Shown: positions 1 through 9,851 of the stretch, one piece after another
How the letters are laid out: each line of letters begins with the position of its first letter
Numbering within the stretch: the stretch's first letter is position 1
Origin: Candidatus Thorarchaeota archaeon
GTDB lineage: Archaea > Asgardarchaeota > Thorarchaeia > Thorarchaeales > Thorarchaeaceae
Assembly (NCBI GenBank): GCA_020348985.1
Contig: CP070761.1
Span: 1,521,249 to 1,585,248, forward strand
Length of the DNA stretch: 64,000 nt
Reading direction: 5' to 3'
Notes under the pieces: generated by a model
Databases searched by the model: none
Seen by the model: the letters and a program-made list of their open reading frames with translations, nothing else
Told to the model about the DNA's origin: nothing
Program-made: the position numbers and the translations under genes

Positions 1-2264
1 AACTCTTCAGAGGAATCGAACTCAATCGCCATGTCTGCGACACCCATCCAGTTGTGTGACACAAATTCATCGCCATTCTCGCCTGGTGTTGGATCGAAGC
101 CAACAATAGCCCACATGCCTTCAACAGACCATGTAATGTTGTCTTCCCACCTACCAGTCCGCTTGACGAAGTACTGGTCATCAAGTGTGTACGTGTTGCC
201 GTCAAGGTCAATCGCACCATCATCAGTGACTGTCCATACTGGAGGTTTGAAGTAGTCGATGTCGCCAAGACGAAGGTTGCTTGGACTCCAGAGTGTGTCG
301 CCTGTTATTTGGCGAATCGGGAACGTTACGCCATCGGGTGGTGCATAAACGGAATGAGTTCCGTTCGAAACTTCGAGATGTTCCTCAAAGCCCACAAAGA
401 TTGCCGATCTATCTAGAACCATTGATGGTGCTAGTTCATCGAAGCTGAAATCAACCTTCAGAACTGTGAGATCGTCTCCTATTTCAAAGTCAAACCCATG
501 CACATGGAATAGTGTTCCATTAATCTCTGAGTCAAATAGGATTGTGTCATCTGTTACAAGTGTGCCGTCACTCTGTTGCCAGATTCTTATCTTGAATTGC
601 GTCTTCGTGTAGTTCAACCCGGATACGAAATCTAGCGTCATCTGATATGTCACTTCAACCTGCCAATGATGAGATTCGTTGGAAGCCCCTCCGCTACCTA
701 ATACTTGGATGGTCATATTCTTGACTTCACTTGTTATGTTATAGTACCAATGTTGTCCAGATGGTTCATCATAACCACCATAGAACACAACTGATCCATT
801 AAGTGTGTCACCTGGCTTGTGAACAAGCATCGTCAGATTTAGCAGGTCGCCTTGGCTAGCCTGGCTGGCAATCTTGCCAAACTGGTTTAAGACAAAGGCC
901 TCAACAAAGTCAGATTTGTAGGCAAGCTTCACTGTTCCCTTGTCCTTAACCTCTGGTCTGACTGTCAGTCGTTCTCCGTCAGTCGCAGTTACCAGGGCCA
1001 ACTCCATTTCCGGCTGAATCACTCCGCCATCTTTGTATGGGTTGTGGTCCATGTTGGTTCTATTGGTGAAGTAACCTGCCCATTTCAGAGTGGTATTACC
1101 ATTGGAGTAGCCAGTTATAGTGTTGTTAACCACGAAGTACTCACTCATGTCAAGAGTGCTGTTGTATTCAATTCCGAAGTACGGGAACCATATTCCCACA
1201 TTCTCTTCGATTTCCGTCCATCGAAACTCTACATCAAGATATCCTGCCACCACGAATATCCCACTTGAGTTAAAGTGTAGGAACATTGTCGGCGACATGC
1301 CTGGCTGGTTTAGTGTCAGGTTCTTGGCATACACAACAGTCTCCATACTAGCATCTGGGTCAAACATACTCAATGGCCAACCAACTGGTTGTTCCCAAGT
1401 CAATTCTTTGGTGTAGTTCAGGTGGTGTTCGAAGAATGCAAAAGGAACAAGGACTTCACCTAGTTCCTTTCCCGCTTGGATAGTCACAACGAACGTGTCG
1501 TTGTCATTCACATAATGAATGATCTCTCCATCCACATTGGTAATCTCTGAGTAGTAGTAGCTGGGGAGTGAGAAGTCTCTAGGATTCACTACGGTGCCGA
1601 GAGCTATCGGTGGTGTCTCAAAGGATCCTGATTGAAGTCTTGAAAGCCATGAGGGAGATACGGGTCGACCGTCTTGATCGATTCCCTGCATGCCCGTCCA
1701 GAATACGGCCTCAACCACTGGTTCCACAAAGGTGATGTGAAACACTGTCTCGTACGCGTTGGTTGTTTCGGTGTATTCGCATTTGGCCTCATCTAGGTCC
1801 ATGAATTGACCTTGACTCGGTTCCTGACTTCCTGCTTCGTAGTTTAGACTCAGAACGTTCCAATGGTCCCTTGTCACATTATACTCAAGAACGAAAATCG
1901 GAGTTCTTGGAAGCCAAGTTGTGCCCCAGAAGTGAACCGTGTCAAGGGTATTCCCTTCACCTAGAAATGATTTGGGCATCGTTATGTTGACATACAGACT
2001 CGTATTCACTTCGACGTTGAAATTGTTCTCCGCGATACTTGTGAGATTGTCAGCATAACCCACCCAGACATCGGGTTGAGGCCCGAATACCCATTGTGAG
2101 TTCTCCTCGTTGTGGCTCGCATCTCGCGTTTCATCGACGACCTCCCAAATGACGCGAACGTATGGGTCGCCGTCCTGTGCATTTACTACGGCCACATTCG
2201 TTGCCGAGGCCGCTAGACTTGCGAGGAGCACTGCGATGAGAATCATGCTGTTCGATTTTCTCAT
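1..2264 (-). CDS. Large secreted/cell-surface (S-layer-like) glycoprotein, partial (continues past window start); absent from ORF track
   Basis: Manual translation from ATG 2264 (GGAG upstream): MRKSNSMILIAVLLASLAASATNVAVVNAQ signal peptide; frame stays open to position 3 (...MAIEFDSSEE); beta-rich, acidic, many N-x-S/T sequons. Confidence 0.8.
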   Translation of the reverse strand, partial: MRKSNSMILIAVLLASLAASATNVAVVNAQDGDPYVRVIWEVVDETRDASHNEENSQWVFGPQPDVWVGYADNLTSIAENNFNVEVNTSLYVNITMPKSFLGEGNTLDTVHFWGTTWLPRTPIFVLEYNVTRDHWNVLSLNYEAGSQEPSQGQFMDLDEAKCEYTETTNAYETVFHITFVEPVVEAVFWTGMQGIDQDGRPVSPSWLSRLQSGSFETPPIALGTVVNPRDFSLPSYYYSEITNVDGEIIHYVNDNDTFVVTIQAGKELGEVLVPFAFFEHHLNYTKELTWEQPVGWPLSMFDPDASMETVVYAKNLTLNQPGMSPTMFLHFNSSGIFVVAGYLDVEFRWTEIEENVGIWFPYFGIEYNSTLDMSEYFVVNNTITGYSNGNTTLKWAGYFTNRTNMDHNPYKDGGVIQPEMELALVTATDGERLTVRPEVKDKGTVKLAYKSDFVEAFVLNQFGKIASQASQGDLLNLTMLVHKPGDTLNGSVVFYGGYDEPSGQHWYYNITSEVKNMTIQVLGSGGASNESHHWQVEVTYQMTLDFVSGLNYTKTQFKIRIWQQSDGTLVTDDTILFDSEINGTLFHVHGFDFEIGDDLTVLKVDFSFDELAPSMVLDRSAIFVGFEEHLEVSNGTHSVYAPPDGVTFPIRQITGDTLWSPSNLRLGDIDYFKPPVWTVTDDGAIDLDGNTYTLDDQYFVKRTGRWEDNITWSVEGMWAIVGFDPTPGENGDEFVSHNWMGVADMAIEFDSSEE

Positions 2265-2448
2265 TACTATATCTCCTGATTATGAACACTGCACACGCGC
2301 TGTCCAATGGTAATTGTGAGCGTGCATGCACATGCTCGGTGTCGGTGATTACCCAGGTCGTCGAACATGGTAACCACTGATGGAAAAACCGACAAAACTG
2401 CAAGATAGTTGCAGCCCGACAGCATATTAACCTATGTTCGACATCGGT

Positions 2449-4464
2449 CTATAGCTCTTCGAAATAGACTCTCAGCAACTCCGCTACATTTCTGGCTCGG
2501 GATACGCATCCCCGGTCGCGATGTGGTGTGGCACCATCGAACATTCCTGACACAGTACCAAGGCTACCTCTTCTCACAGTACTCAGTACTGGTCTGAAGA
2601 AAGCCTCTTCTGCGAACTTCCGGTTTTCTCGTGTCCGTCCGTTGACGGCAAGATATGCAGAGATGAATGGACCAATCAGCCACGGGTGTACTGTTCCTTG
2701 ATGCGTTGAGCCAGCGCGGGCACGTGGGCCCCCTGTGTTTGACCGAGCGAATCTTCGATCCTTGGGAGAAAGCGTTCTTAACCCATATGGTGTAAGTAGC
2801 TCATCCGTGACCATCTTAAGAACCGACCTCGCCTCTCCCTCATCTAGAAGTGGATATGGGAGACTTAATGCAAAGATTTGATTCGGCCTAAGGGACTTAT
2901 CAACGCCTGTATCTGAGACGACATCATATAGATAGCCTAGCTCTTCGTCCCAGAAGGTCTGCACGAAGGCCTCTCGAACCCACTGGGCAATGGCAAGAAA
3001 CTCGAATGGATCTCTTCCAACCATCTCGGACAACTCCCCCATCGCCATTAGTGCGTTGAACCAGAGCGCATTAACCTCAACACACTTCCCAATTCGAGGA
3101 GTTGCCGTCCAGCTCCCGATTCTCTCATTCATCCAAGATACTTCAACGCCCTCAAGTCCTGAGGCAATCAATCCATCGTGATCTTCGTGTATGTTATACT
3201 TCGTCCCAGTTCGAAATGAAGTGATTATTGAGTCGCACGTGTCCCATATTAGTCCCCGCAAAAACTCCATGTCGCTTGTGACGCGCATGTAATTCCGCAC
3301 ATCAAGAATGTACCAAAGTGATGCGTCAACTGAATCGTATTCGGGCTGAATTCCTCGATCTGGGAAGTCATTGGCAACGAGTCCATATCTAGAGTGTCTT
3401 GCATAGGTGAGTAAAATGGCGCGTGCATCTTGGAACCTGCTGACGGCAACAGTGAGACCTGGATGAGATACTAGCGCATCATGACCGATGTCAGCAAGCT
3501 GATGATAACCTGCTATTACTGAACGGGTTCCGGTCGAGGCTCTATCGACAATGAATGAGTCGGCATTGTAGATGAGCCATTCAATGTCCTCATCCCGCTC
3601 CTTCTCTGTCAGGGCGTATGCTCTTTCATTGAGTATCTTTCGTCGCTTTAGCTCTTCGAATCTTATCTTCGCAAAATCCTTTCTTCCTGCCTTTGCAAGT
3701 GAACCTAGTTCATCCATCAGTTCCTTTCTAGTTGGTCCAACAGCGAAAAGGAATGATAGGAAATGAGATCCTTCCTCGAGCACGGTGTGGAAAACTCCAG
3801 GAATATAGAGCTGTTCTTCGTGAGGTGTGCCCTCGGCCTTGTCCCTTCGGTATACCTGTCTCTCAGTGATTCTGATCTCTGAAGGTGCGTAGTCAGCGTC
3901 CGGAGTGTAACCTAACATCCAAGGACTGCTGGGTCTGTCATCAAAAGACAGGTAGGTGTTGTCATCTAGCGCTTCACTTTGTGGTGTAAAATCAAGATGC
4001 GGGGGTCTCGCATGCAGATCTCTACAAGTCTGAACTGGTGTTACCGTGAACACTGTTTCTTCATTTGTTGCCACTTCATAATTGACAACAGTGAGGTTTC
4101 TCCGATATGACATATAGATAGTTTTGTCAATTTTCACACCATCGGTCTGGAAAGTCATCTGAGGGAGAGGGTTGAGTGCGAACCGTTGGAGGTTTCGATA
4201 TCCTCGTTGCACTACTCCTTTCACAGTCTCCTCACTGCTTAGGTTGACCTCGCCTTCCGAAGTAGCAACTACTTCGTCCAGCCTAGAAAGAGTGAGCCAT
4301 CTGTCAACAGGGGGACTAAGCGATGAAACCAATAGACCATGATAGCCACGCGTGTTTAGACCAACCACGGTCGATGATGCATAGCCTCCAAGGCCGTTTG
4401 TATACAGCCATTCGAATGTCACGGCTCGATTGAGCCTGAGATCTGCATCTTCAAGCACTATCAC
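2449..4464 (-). CDS. Glycogen debranching enzyme / amylo-alpha-1,6-glucosidase family (GDE_N + GDE_C), catalytic motifs degenerate
   Basis: EWLYTNGLGGYASST, YHGLLV, VEVNALW, LRPNQIFALSL, TPYGLRTLSP family motifs; WMD changed to WMN and SEIFD to SGMFD. Confidence 0.85.
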   Translation of the reverse strand: MIVLEDADLRLNRAVTFEWLYTNGLGGYASSTVVGLNTRGYHGLLVSSLSPPVDRWLTLSRLDEVVATSEGEVNLSSEETVKGVVQRGYRNLQRFALNPLPQMTFQTDGVKIDKTIYMSYRRNLTVVNYEVATNEETVFTVTPVQTCRDLHARPPHLDFTPQSEALDDNTYLSFDDRPSSPWMLGYTPDADYAPSEIRITERQVYRRDKAEGTPHEEQLYIPGVFHTVLEEGSHFLSFLFAVGPTRKELMDELGSLAKAGRKDFAKIRFEELKRRKILNERAYALTEKERDEDIEWLIYNADSFIVDRASTGTRSVIAGYHQLADIGHDALVSHPGLTVAVSRFQDARAILLTYARHSRYGLVANDFPDRGIQPEYDSVDASLWYILDVRNYMRVTSDMEFLRGLIWDTCDSIITSFRTGTKYNIHEDHDGLIASGLEGVEVSWMNERIGSWTATPRIGKCVEVNALWFNALMAMGELSEMVGRDPFEFLAIAQWVREAFVQTFWDEELGYLYDVVSDTGVDKSLRPNQIFALSLPYPLLDEGEARSVLKMVTDELLTPYGLRTLSPKDRRFARSNTGGPRARAGSTHQGTVHPWLIGPFISAYLAVNGRTRENRKFAEEAFFRPVLSTVRRGSLGTVSGMFDGATPHRDRGCVSRARNVAELLRVYFEEL

Positions 4465-4609
4465 TATTCAGGGCCCCAGATTTTCATCCTTGTCTTGGAG
4501 GACTTTGATATTAGACTTTAAGCATTACCGGAAAACAACATCTACTGAGACAGATATCTCCTTATATCGCAAGAAGCGACCGACTGCTAGCAACGAGCGA
4601 GGCTACAGA

Positions 4610-5926
4610 TTGTCGGAAGAAGGGTTGCACTCCACAGAAACAGGTGATTCTTCAGACATCCTTGTCGGCAGACCCGAATCCATTCTTGGTTTGAGCCGCA
4701 ATCTATGGCGGCTTGCACTTGTTGTTGGTGTCGCTCAATTCTCATCGAGCATCTGGAGTTGGCAGTTCGCGATCTTCTTGGAAACGATAATTGAACCCTG
4801 GCAGATGGGCCTGACGTTCTCAATCGGAATCATCGCTTCAAGCCTCGGATTCCCACTTTCAGGCATGATTTCTGATATGATTGGAAGAAAGCGAACAATG
4901 GCCTTGGCATTCCTGCCTATGATAATAGGTCTGGTCTTGCTGTCATACTTCTCTGTTTGGCCCTTCATTCCAGTCTATTACGCATTCATACAATTCGGGT
5001 GGAGTTTTGTGCTGATTAGCTCGAGAGCTGTGCCTGCAGATGAAATAGCTCAAGATGATGGTAGGGATGCGGCAAAGAGGTTCACTATGGTTCTTATGCC
5101 GGCTTTTTTCATTGATGGACTAGCTCCAATGCTTGGAGCATTTCTGATAACTTTCGGATTTGAATCAAGACACTTGATGCTTCTTGGTACCGGTGGTGCA
5201 TTCTTGGCCATGGTAGCAACACTTGTGGTGGTAAGAGAATCGCTTGTCGAGGCAATACAAGAAAAGGCCAGAGTAGGTCCGAAAGTGCCTTTGCGAGAGT
5301 TGGGAAGCAATTTCTGGAAGCTTGTTGGCGGACTGATGTTGTTCTATTTCGCCTTCAACATTTCCATACCATACTTGGGAAATCTGGCAACCAATCCAGT
5401 CTCTGGATGGGGGCTGGATACAGCAACTTTCGGTTATGCATGGAGTGCATTTTCTCTAACTGGCGCCATCCTCATCTATGCTGCAAGTAGTCTAGCAGAC
5501 AAGAACGTCAAGGTCGGGCTTTCGGTGGCCTTGTTCTGGAATGCAGTCATGTTCCTTGCTCTAAGTGTGGGGACTGGAGCTTCGCTGATGATAGCTCTCA
5601 ACATAGTGTGGGCATTTCCAGTCATGATGTGGCTTGGTGCAGAAAGAGCTCTAATTGTGGCTGATGTGAGCGAACAGATGAAGGGGCGTGCCTTGGGATT
5701 CTTCGCAGTTGTGATGAATCTCACATACATAATAGCTGCCCCACTCGGAGCCTGGGTCTGGGCAACTTATGGCAGCCTCAGGTTTCTGTACTATGTGAGC
5801 GGCATTCTGTGCATCTTGGCCATTATTCCGGCCGTGGCTGCGTTCAAGTGGATGAAAGCACCTGCCAAGCATGTGGACTCCAAACATCCCGATGAAGTCA
5901 CTAGAGCCCCCGGAGACCTGCTATAA
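4610..5926 (+). CDS. MFS transporter
   Basis: About 12 hydrophobic segments, motif A (GMISDMIGRK); start moved to TTG 4610 because the track start overlaps the divergent gene. Confidence 0.8.
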   Translation: MSEEGLHSTETGDSSDILVGRPESILGLSRNLWRLALVVGVAQFSSSIWSWQFAIFLETIIEPWQMGLTFSIGIIASSLGFPLSGMISDMIGRKRTMALAFLPMIIGLVLLSYFSVWPFIPVYYAFIQFGWSFVLISSRAVPADEIAQDDGRDAAKRFTMVLMPAFFIDGLAPMLGAFLITFGFESRHLMLLGTGGAFLAMVATLVVVRESLVEAIQEKARVGPKVPLRELGSNFWKLVGGLMLFYFAFNISIPYLGNLATNPVSGWGLDTATFGYAWSAFSLTGAILIYAASSLADKNVKVGLSVALFWNAVMFLALSVGTGASLMIALNIVWAFPVMMWLGAERALIVADVSEQMKGRALGFFAVVMNLTYIIAAPLGAWVWATYGSLRFLYYVSGILCILAIIPAVAAFKWMKAPAKHVDSKHPDEVTRAPGDLL

Positions 5927-6004
5927 CTCCACGCTCGGCCAAGTCGAGCAATCCGCTTATTAGAAAACGAAAGAACAGGATTCAAGACGTGGTGTGGAAG
6001 CCAA

Positions 6005-7918
6005 GTGACTGAAGAAGGTTCACCAGTAGGACGCAAGCTCAGGCGCACAGGTGATTTGCTTCTGGGGGGGGCTGAGAAGCAAGTTCAGAGCTATCGAACT
6101 CGCTTCAACAAACTTGTTGGATGCTATGACTCGTTCTTATCACGCCTCGTTCTATCATATACTCCACAAGACATTGATTTCAGCTTTATCGATTCCTTCT
6201 TCGGAAAGAGGAATCTGAGATTTGCAGGGATTGACGGAACTATTGGGAAACACCCAGTATTCGATCTGGTGATCTTCTTCGCCGGAGCCTATCCAGCATA
6301 TGGCTCGATTGGGATAGATGACGATGGTAACATGAAGCTCAAGTATGAAGAGAAGTACTTGGAGCGGGGTATTGGTGTGTCTAGTGTCCTGCCCATATAT
6401 GTTAATGAGATTCCATTGGTGGACCAGACGATTCTAACGAGAGACGAAGAAGGCGAGATTGATGATTCCATCGGTTACAATGATTCTTGGATCATAGATA
6501 ATTCTGCATTTGCCGACTACTTGATGGGGCTATCCGAGTTCTATTTGGCGTACAAGCTTGTCAACTCAGATGATCCGATTGACATCTTGCTTCTCGATAG
6601 AACATGCTCTTCAGAGATTTCTTCATTCCATTTCGAAACTTCTGACCAAAGGGTCAATCTTGATCGAGAAAGCGGACTTCTTGGGGCAAACATCGAAGGA
6701 AACCCATTCACAAAGACAGAATGGGTTCTTACCAGAAGGCTAATCGGCAACTCATTACTTGGTACGCCACCTCCCAGAGGAGAGTACATGCTTCCCAGTA
6801 TTGTAGCCCTACTACAAGAGGAAGGAAGCCTTTCACGTGAGGAGATTTCACAGAAGCTTGGGATTGACAATCCATCAAGAGAGGCACGGCTCGATAGAGA
6901 ACTCGAGCTGGGTATGCGATCTAGCAACTCACTTGGAGCGGCGATAGTACGCAAAGGAGATAGGTTCAGCCTGAAGTCCGAAATCAGAGATCTTTACAGA
7001 CGCATCAGAGTTTTGGTAGAAGAAGTCTGCGAGAGGATCTTCTCAGAGGACCCGAACATCACCGTTGACGATCGCTTCAAAGTGAATTCGAGATGGCTCA
7101 CTACGACTGATCTCGCGTTCCTGAGTTTGGCTTCATTGTTCCTAATGATGACCAAATGCTGGAAAAATCGAACATTGCTTGTTGGGGTGGCAAAGGATTC
7201 CTCAGCCAGAGATCTCAGAAGGCAGCTGCTTCCCGTGCTGAACCATGTTGGTCTCTTCGAAGGTAGTTTTTCTGACTACAGTGAAGATACACCAGATACG
7301 GATCGCATGATACTCCAGTGGGTGTCTATGCAAGAGAGAGACAAGCTCGCAATACCGTGGGCGACATGTGAATATGACACCGCCTTCAAGACAATTGTAC
7401 CACACTTCGATAGGGTTGCAGATAGAGTATCAGGTGCACGTCGAAACCAGATTTCACTAGAGAAGACATTCGTAAAGTCGTACTTCCAATTGTGTCAAGC
7501 AGCAACTGACGCCAAGCTCAGAAGCAACGTTTTGCTGTACGATCGCCTGGTGTACCCCAACTTCGATGATCAGGAATCGCATATGTTGAAGCTCTATCAC
7601 GATTACACAAGTGACCCAGCGGAACCTGAACCGATTGAGCTTATCACCTATCTGGAGAAGAAGAATCCAATTCAAGCATTTGTCGTCAATCTCTTCGCAT
7701 GCATGACCAGCAACAGTATTCCAGATCTCTTTGGTCACTTGAAGCCGCTCTACATAGCAGACAAGGTCGCGAAGTACTACTACAACCAATTCGACACAAT
7801 GATGAGGAGTGCAAGAAGCTGGCTATTCAACAAGCCTGAGCTGCGTGAATTCCTATTCTATCTCAGTTCATTTAGAGAGAGGAGGTCAGACATTGAGCAA
7901 ACAAGAAGAAGTTCCTAG
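6005..7918 (+). CDS. nurA: NurA-family nuclease with an inserted wHTH-like segment
   Basis: FAGIDGT, LLLDR, VGVAKDS and C-terminal LYIADKVAK motifs; overlaps downstream HerA ATPase. Confidence 0.7.
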   Translation: MTEEGSPVGRKLRRTGDLLLGGAEKQVQSYRTRFNKLVGCYDSFLSRLVLSYTPQDIDFSFIDSFFGKRNLRFAGIDGTIGKHPVFDLVIFFAGAYPAYGSIGIDDDGNMKLKYEEKYLERGIGVSSVLPIYVNEIPLVDQTILTRDEEGEIDDSIGYNDSWIIDNSAFADYLMGLSEFYLAYKLVNSDDPIDILLLDRTCSSEISSFHFETSDQRVNLDRESGLLGANIEGNPFTKTEWVLTRRLIGNSLLGTPPPRGEYMLPSIVALLQEEGSLSREEISQKLGIDNPSREARLDRELELGMRSSNSLGAAIVRKGDRFSLKSEIRDLYRRIRVLVEEVCERIFSEDPNITVDDRFKVNSRWLTTTDLAFLSLASLFLMMTKCWKNRTLLVGVAKDSSARDLRRQLLPVLNHVGLFEGSFSDYSEDTPDTDRMILQWVSMQERDKLAIPWATCEYDTAFKTIVPHFDRVADRVSGARRNQISLEKTFVKSYFQLCQAATDAKLRSNVLLYDRLVYPNFDDQESHMLKLYHDYTSDPAEPEPIELITYLEKKNPIQAFVVNLFACMTSNSIPDLFGHLKPLYIADKVAKYYYNQFDTMMRSARSWLFNKPELREFLFYLSSFRERRSDIEQTRRSS

Positions 7919-9767
7919 GGAGTTGTTTACAGACTTTGATGGGCAATTCGATGGCGTACTCGCCAGAGTCATTCCTGTGGCAGCAAACTACACTTCAGAA
8001 TGGGCGGGGTCTGCCGCTCGTTACGATTGTAGAATCAAGGTGAGGTATCACAAAGAGCTTGTGGCACAACTAGAGGAGGGAATGATGGTTGCTGTCCCGA
8101 ATTTCAAGGGACAGTCTGAAAGGTCTTCGAAACACGGTGAGCGCAGATTCACCGTGATGGTCATCAGCAAGGTATGGCCACAGCACTATGGATTGGGAGG
8201 AGTCAGTGACAGCCATTACTTCCCGGTGCAAATGGAGATAATCGAGCAAGCCGTACCAGACTGGTCAACTGACGACCAAGCCACCATGATGGTTCAGATG
8301 ACAGCCATTCCAATCAACTACGACCTTTGTCTGCACGCCTCTGGTGAAGTTGAATTCAGGAAGGGATTCTCCTATCCACTAATTGGCGCAAGAGTACACG
8401 TCATCAACATGAAGACTGTCGATTGGATCTACAATAGCAGGGTGAAAGACGCCATTGGTTTCACCAAGAAGTTCACATCTCCTGACCCTCGAAAAGATCC
8501 TCGTGTTGGGACGTTACGCATGTTCATGGAATCAGACACCAAGATCCCAATCTATGTTGACCTTCAGAAACTAGTTCGATATCACTTTGGTGTCTTCTCT
8601 TTCACTGGAGGAGGAAAAAGCAATCTCCTTTCGAATCTGTTCCGGCGGCTCATTTACCATTCGAAGGATACAAAGATAGTGATTTTCGACATTAGCTCAG
8701 AGTATTCATTCCTTCTTTGCGATGTGTTTTCTGATCCTAAGATTCCTTCAAAGATTATCCTAGAAGAAGAAGCAAGAAATGCTGAGGAATTTGCGAAGTC
8801 GATTGTAAAACCAAGGGATTTCGAAGATGACCCCGAAGCAGAAGCGGCTCTGAAGCAGGTCTTCGAAAGCGGGCAGGTCACATTCTACAATCGCCCTCTT
8901 ACACAAGTCCCTACTTTTGGTGGCGTTCTTACAGAGATTAGTGGGATGAGTTCTGCGGTGCCCGCAGATCGTCCGACATACCTCCAAGCACTCGATGAGA
9001 TTCTCCACATGGTGACAGACTGGATGGAAGAGAACAATCTCTCGGAGCAGGACAAGTTGTCAGAAGCCTTCATTGACGAATTCGACTCTGCCGCAAAGGA
9101 AGCTGTTGAGAAGTTCTCGGTATACAAGGGCGCCGCACTCTCCGCATGGGCAAATACAAGGTCAACACTCAAGGCTGCTATGAAGAGAGCTGCTACCGCC
9201 AAGTCGACTGGAGTGACCGTGAAGGACATAGTCAAGATGCTAGGAGGTCCTGAGAGAATTGTGTGCATCTCGATGGCAGACCCTGACACGCTGAGGGATA
9301 TCGTGATAAGGTTGACTGGTGCTGCGCTCAGATACAGGAAACGCAACTTCGAGATCAAACCACAGATTCTATTCGTCTTTGATGAAGCCCAAGAGTTCAT
9401 TCCCTCAAAGGCCACAGGTGCCTTGGAGAGATGTAGCAATGCAGTGGAGCGCTTACTTCGACAGGGAAGGAAGTATGGCCTTGGCGGAGTAATTGCGACG
9501 CAACGAATCGCATACTTGAACACAAACATTATGCAACAATTGCATACTTTCTTCGTTGGAACACTGCCCAGACCATACGACAGAACGGTGGTTAGTAGTT
9601 CATTTCAGATTGACCTGAGCATTCTTGACAAAACACTTGAGTTCCCACCAGGTTCGTGGTTGCTTTCTAGTTACATCGCCACAGGACTGGACAACGTTCC
9701 AGTCTTCATAGCTGCCGACAATTCTGAGGATGTCATCAGGGAGCACCTTCAACCAGCCTCGTCGTGA
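7893..9767 (+). CDS. herA: HerA/FtsK-family ATPase (HAS barrel + P-loop)
   Basis: HFGVFSFTGGGKS (Walker A), FVFDEAQEF (Walker B), RQGRKYG, ATQR; TTG 7893 preceded by GGAGG. Confidence 0.85.
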   Translation: MSKQEEVPRELFTDFDGQFDGVLARVIPVAANYTSEWAGSAARYDCRIKVRYHKELVAQLEEGMMVAVPNFKGQSERSSKHGERRFTVMVISKVWPQHYGLGGVSDSHYFPVQMEIIEQAVPDWSTDDQATMMVQMTAIPINYDLCLHASGEVEFRKGFSYPLIGARVHVINMKTVDWIYNSRVKDAIGFTKKFTSPDPRKDPRVGTLRMFMESDTKIPIYVDLQKLVRYHFGVFSFTGGGKSNLLSNLFRRLIYHSKDTKIVIFDISSEYSFLLCDVFSDPKIPSKIILEEEARNAEEFAKSIVKPRDFEDDPEAEAALKQVFESGQVTFYNRPLTQVPTFGGVLTEISGMSSAVPADRPTYLQALDEILHMVTDWMEENNLSEQDKLSEAFIDEFDSAAKEAVEKFSVYKGAALSAWANTRSTLKAAMKRAATAKSTGVTVKDIVKMLGGPERIVCISMADPDTLRDIVIRLTGAALRYRKRNFEIKPQILFVFDEAQEFIPSKATGALERCSNAVERLLRQGRKYGLGGVIATQRIAYLNTNIMQQLHTFFVGTLPRPYDRTVVSSSFQIDLSILDKTLEFPPGSWLLSSYIATGLDNVPVFIAADNSEDVIREHLQPASS

Positions 9768-9851
9768 GATTGCGTTGGCGCATCACGAGTCCGGCACCGT
9801 TAAATATGGGCAGTAGAAAATCGCGCCCGAGTCGACCGAGGGGATAGTCGA

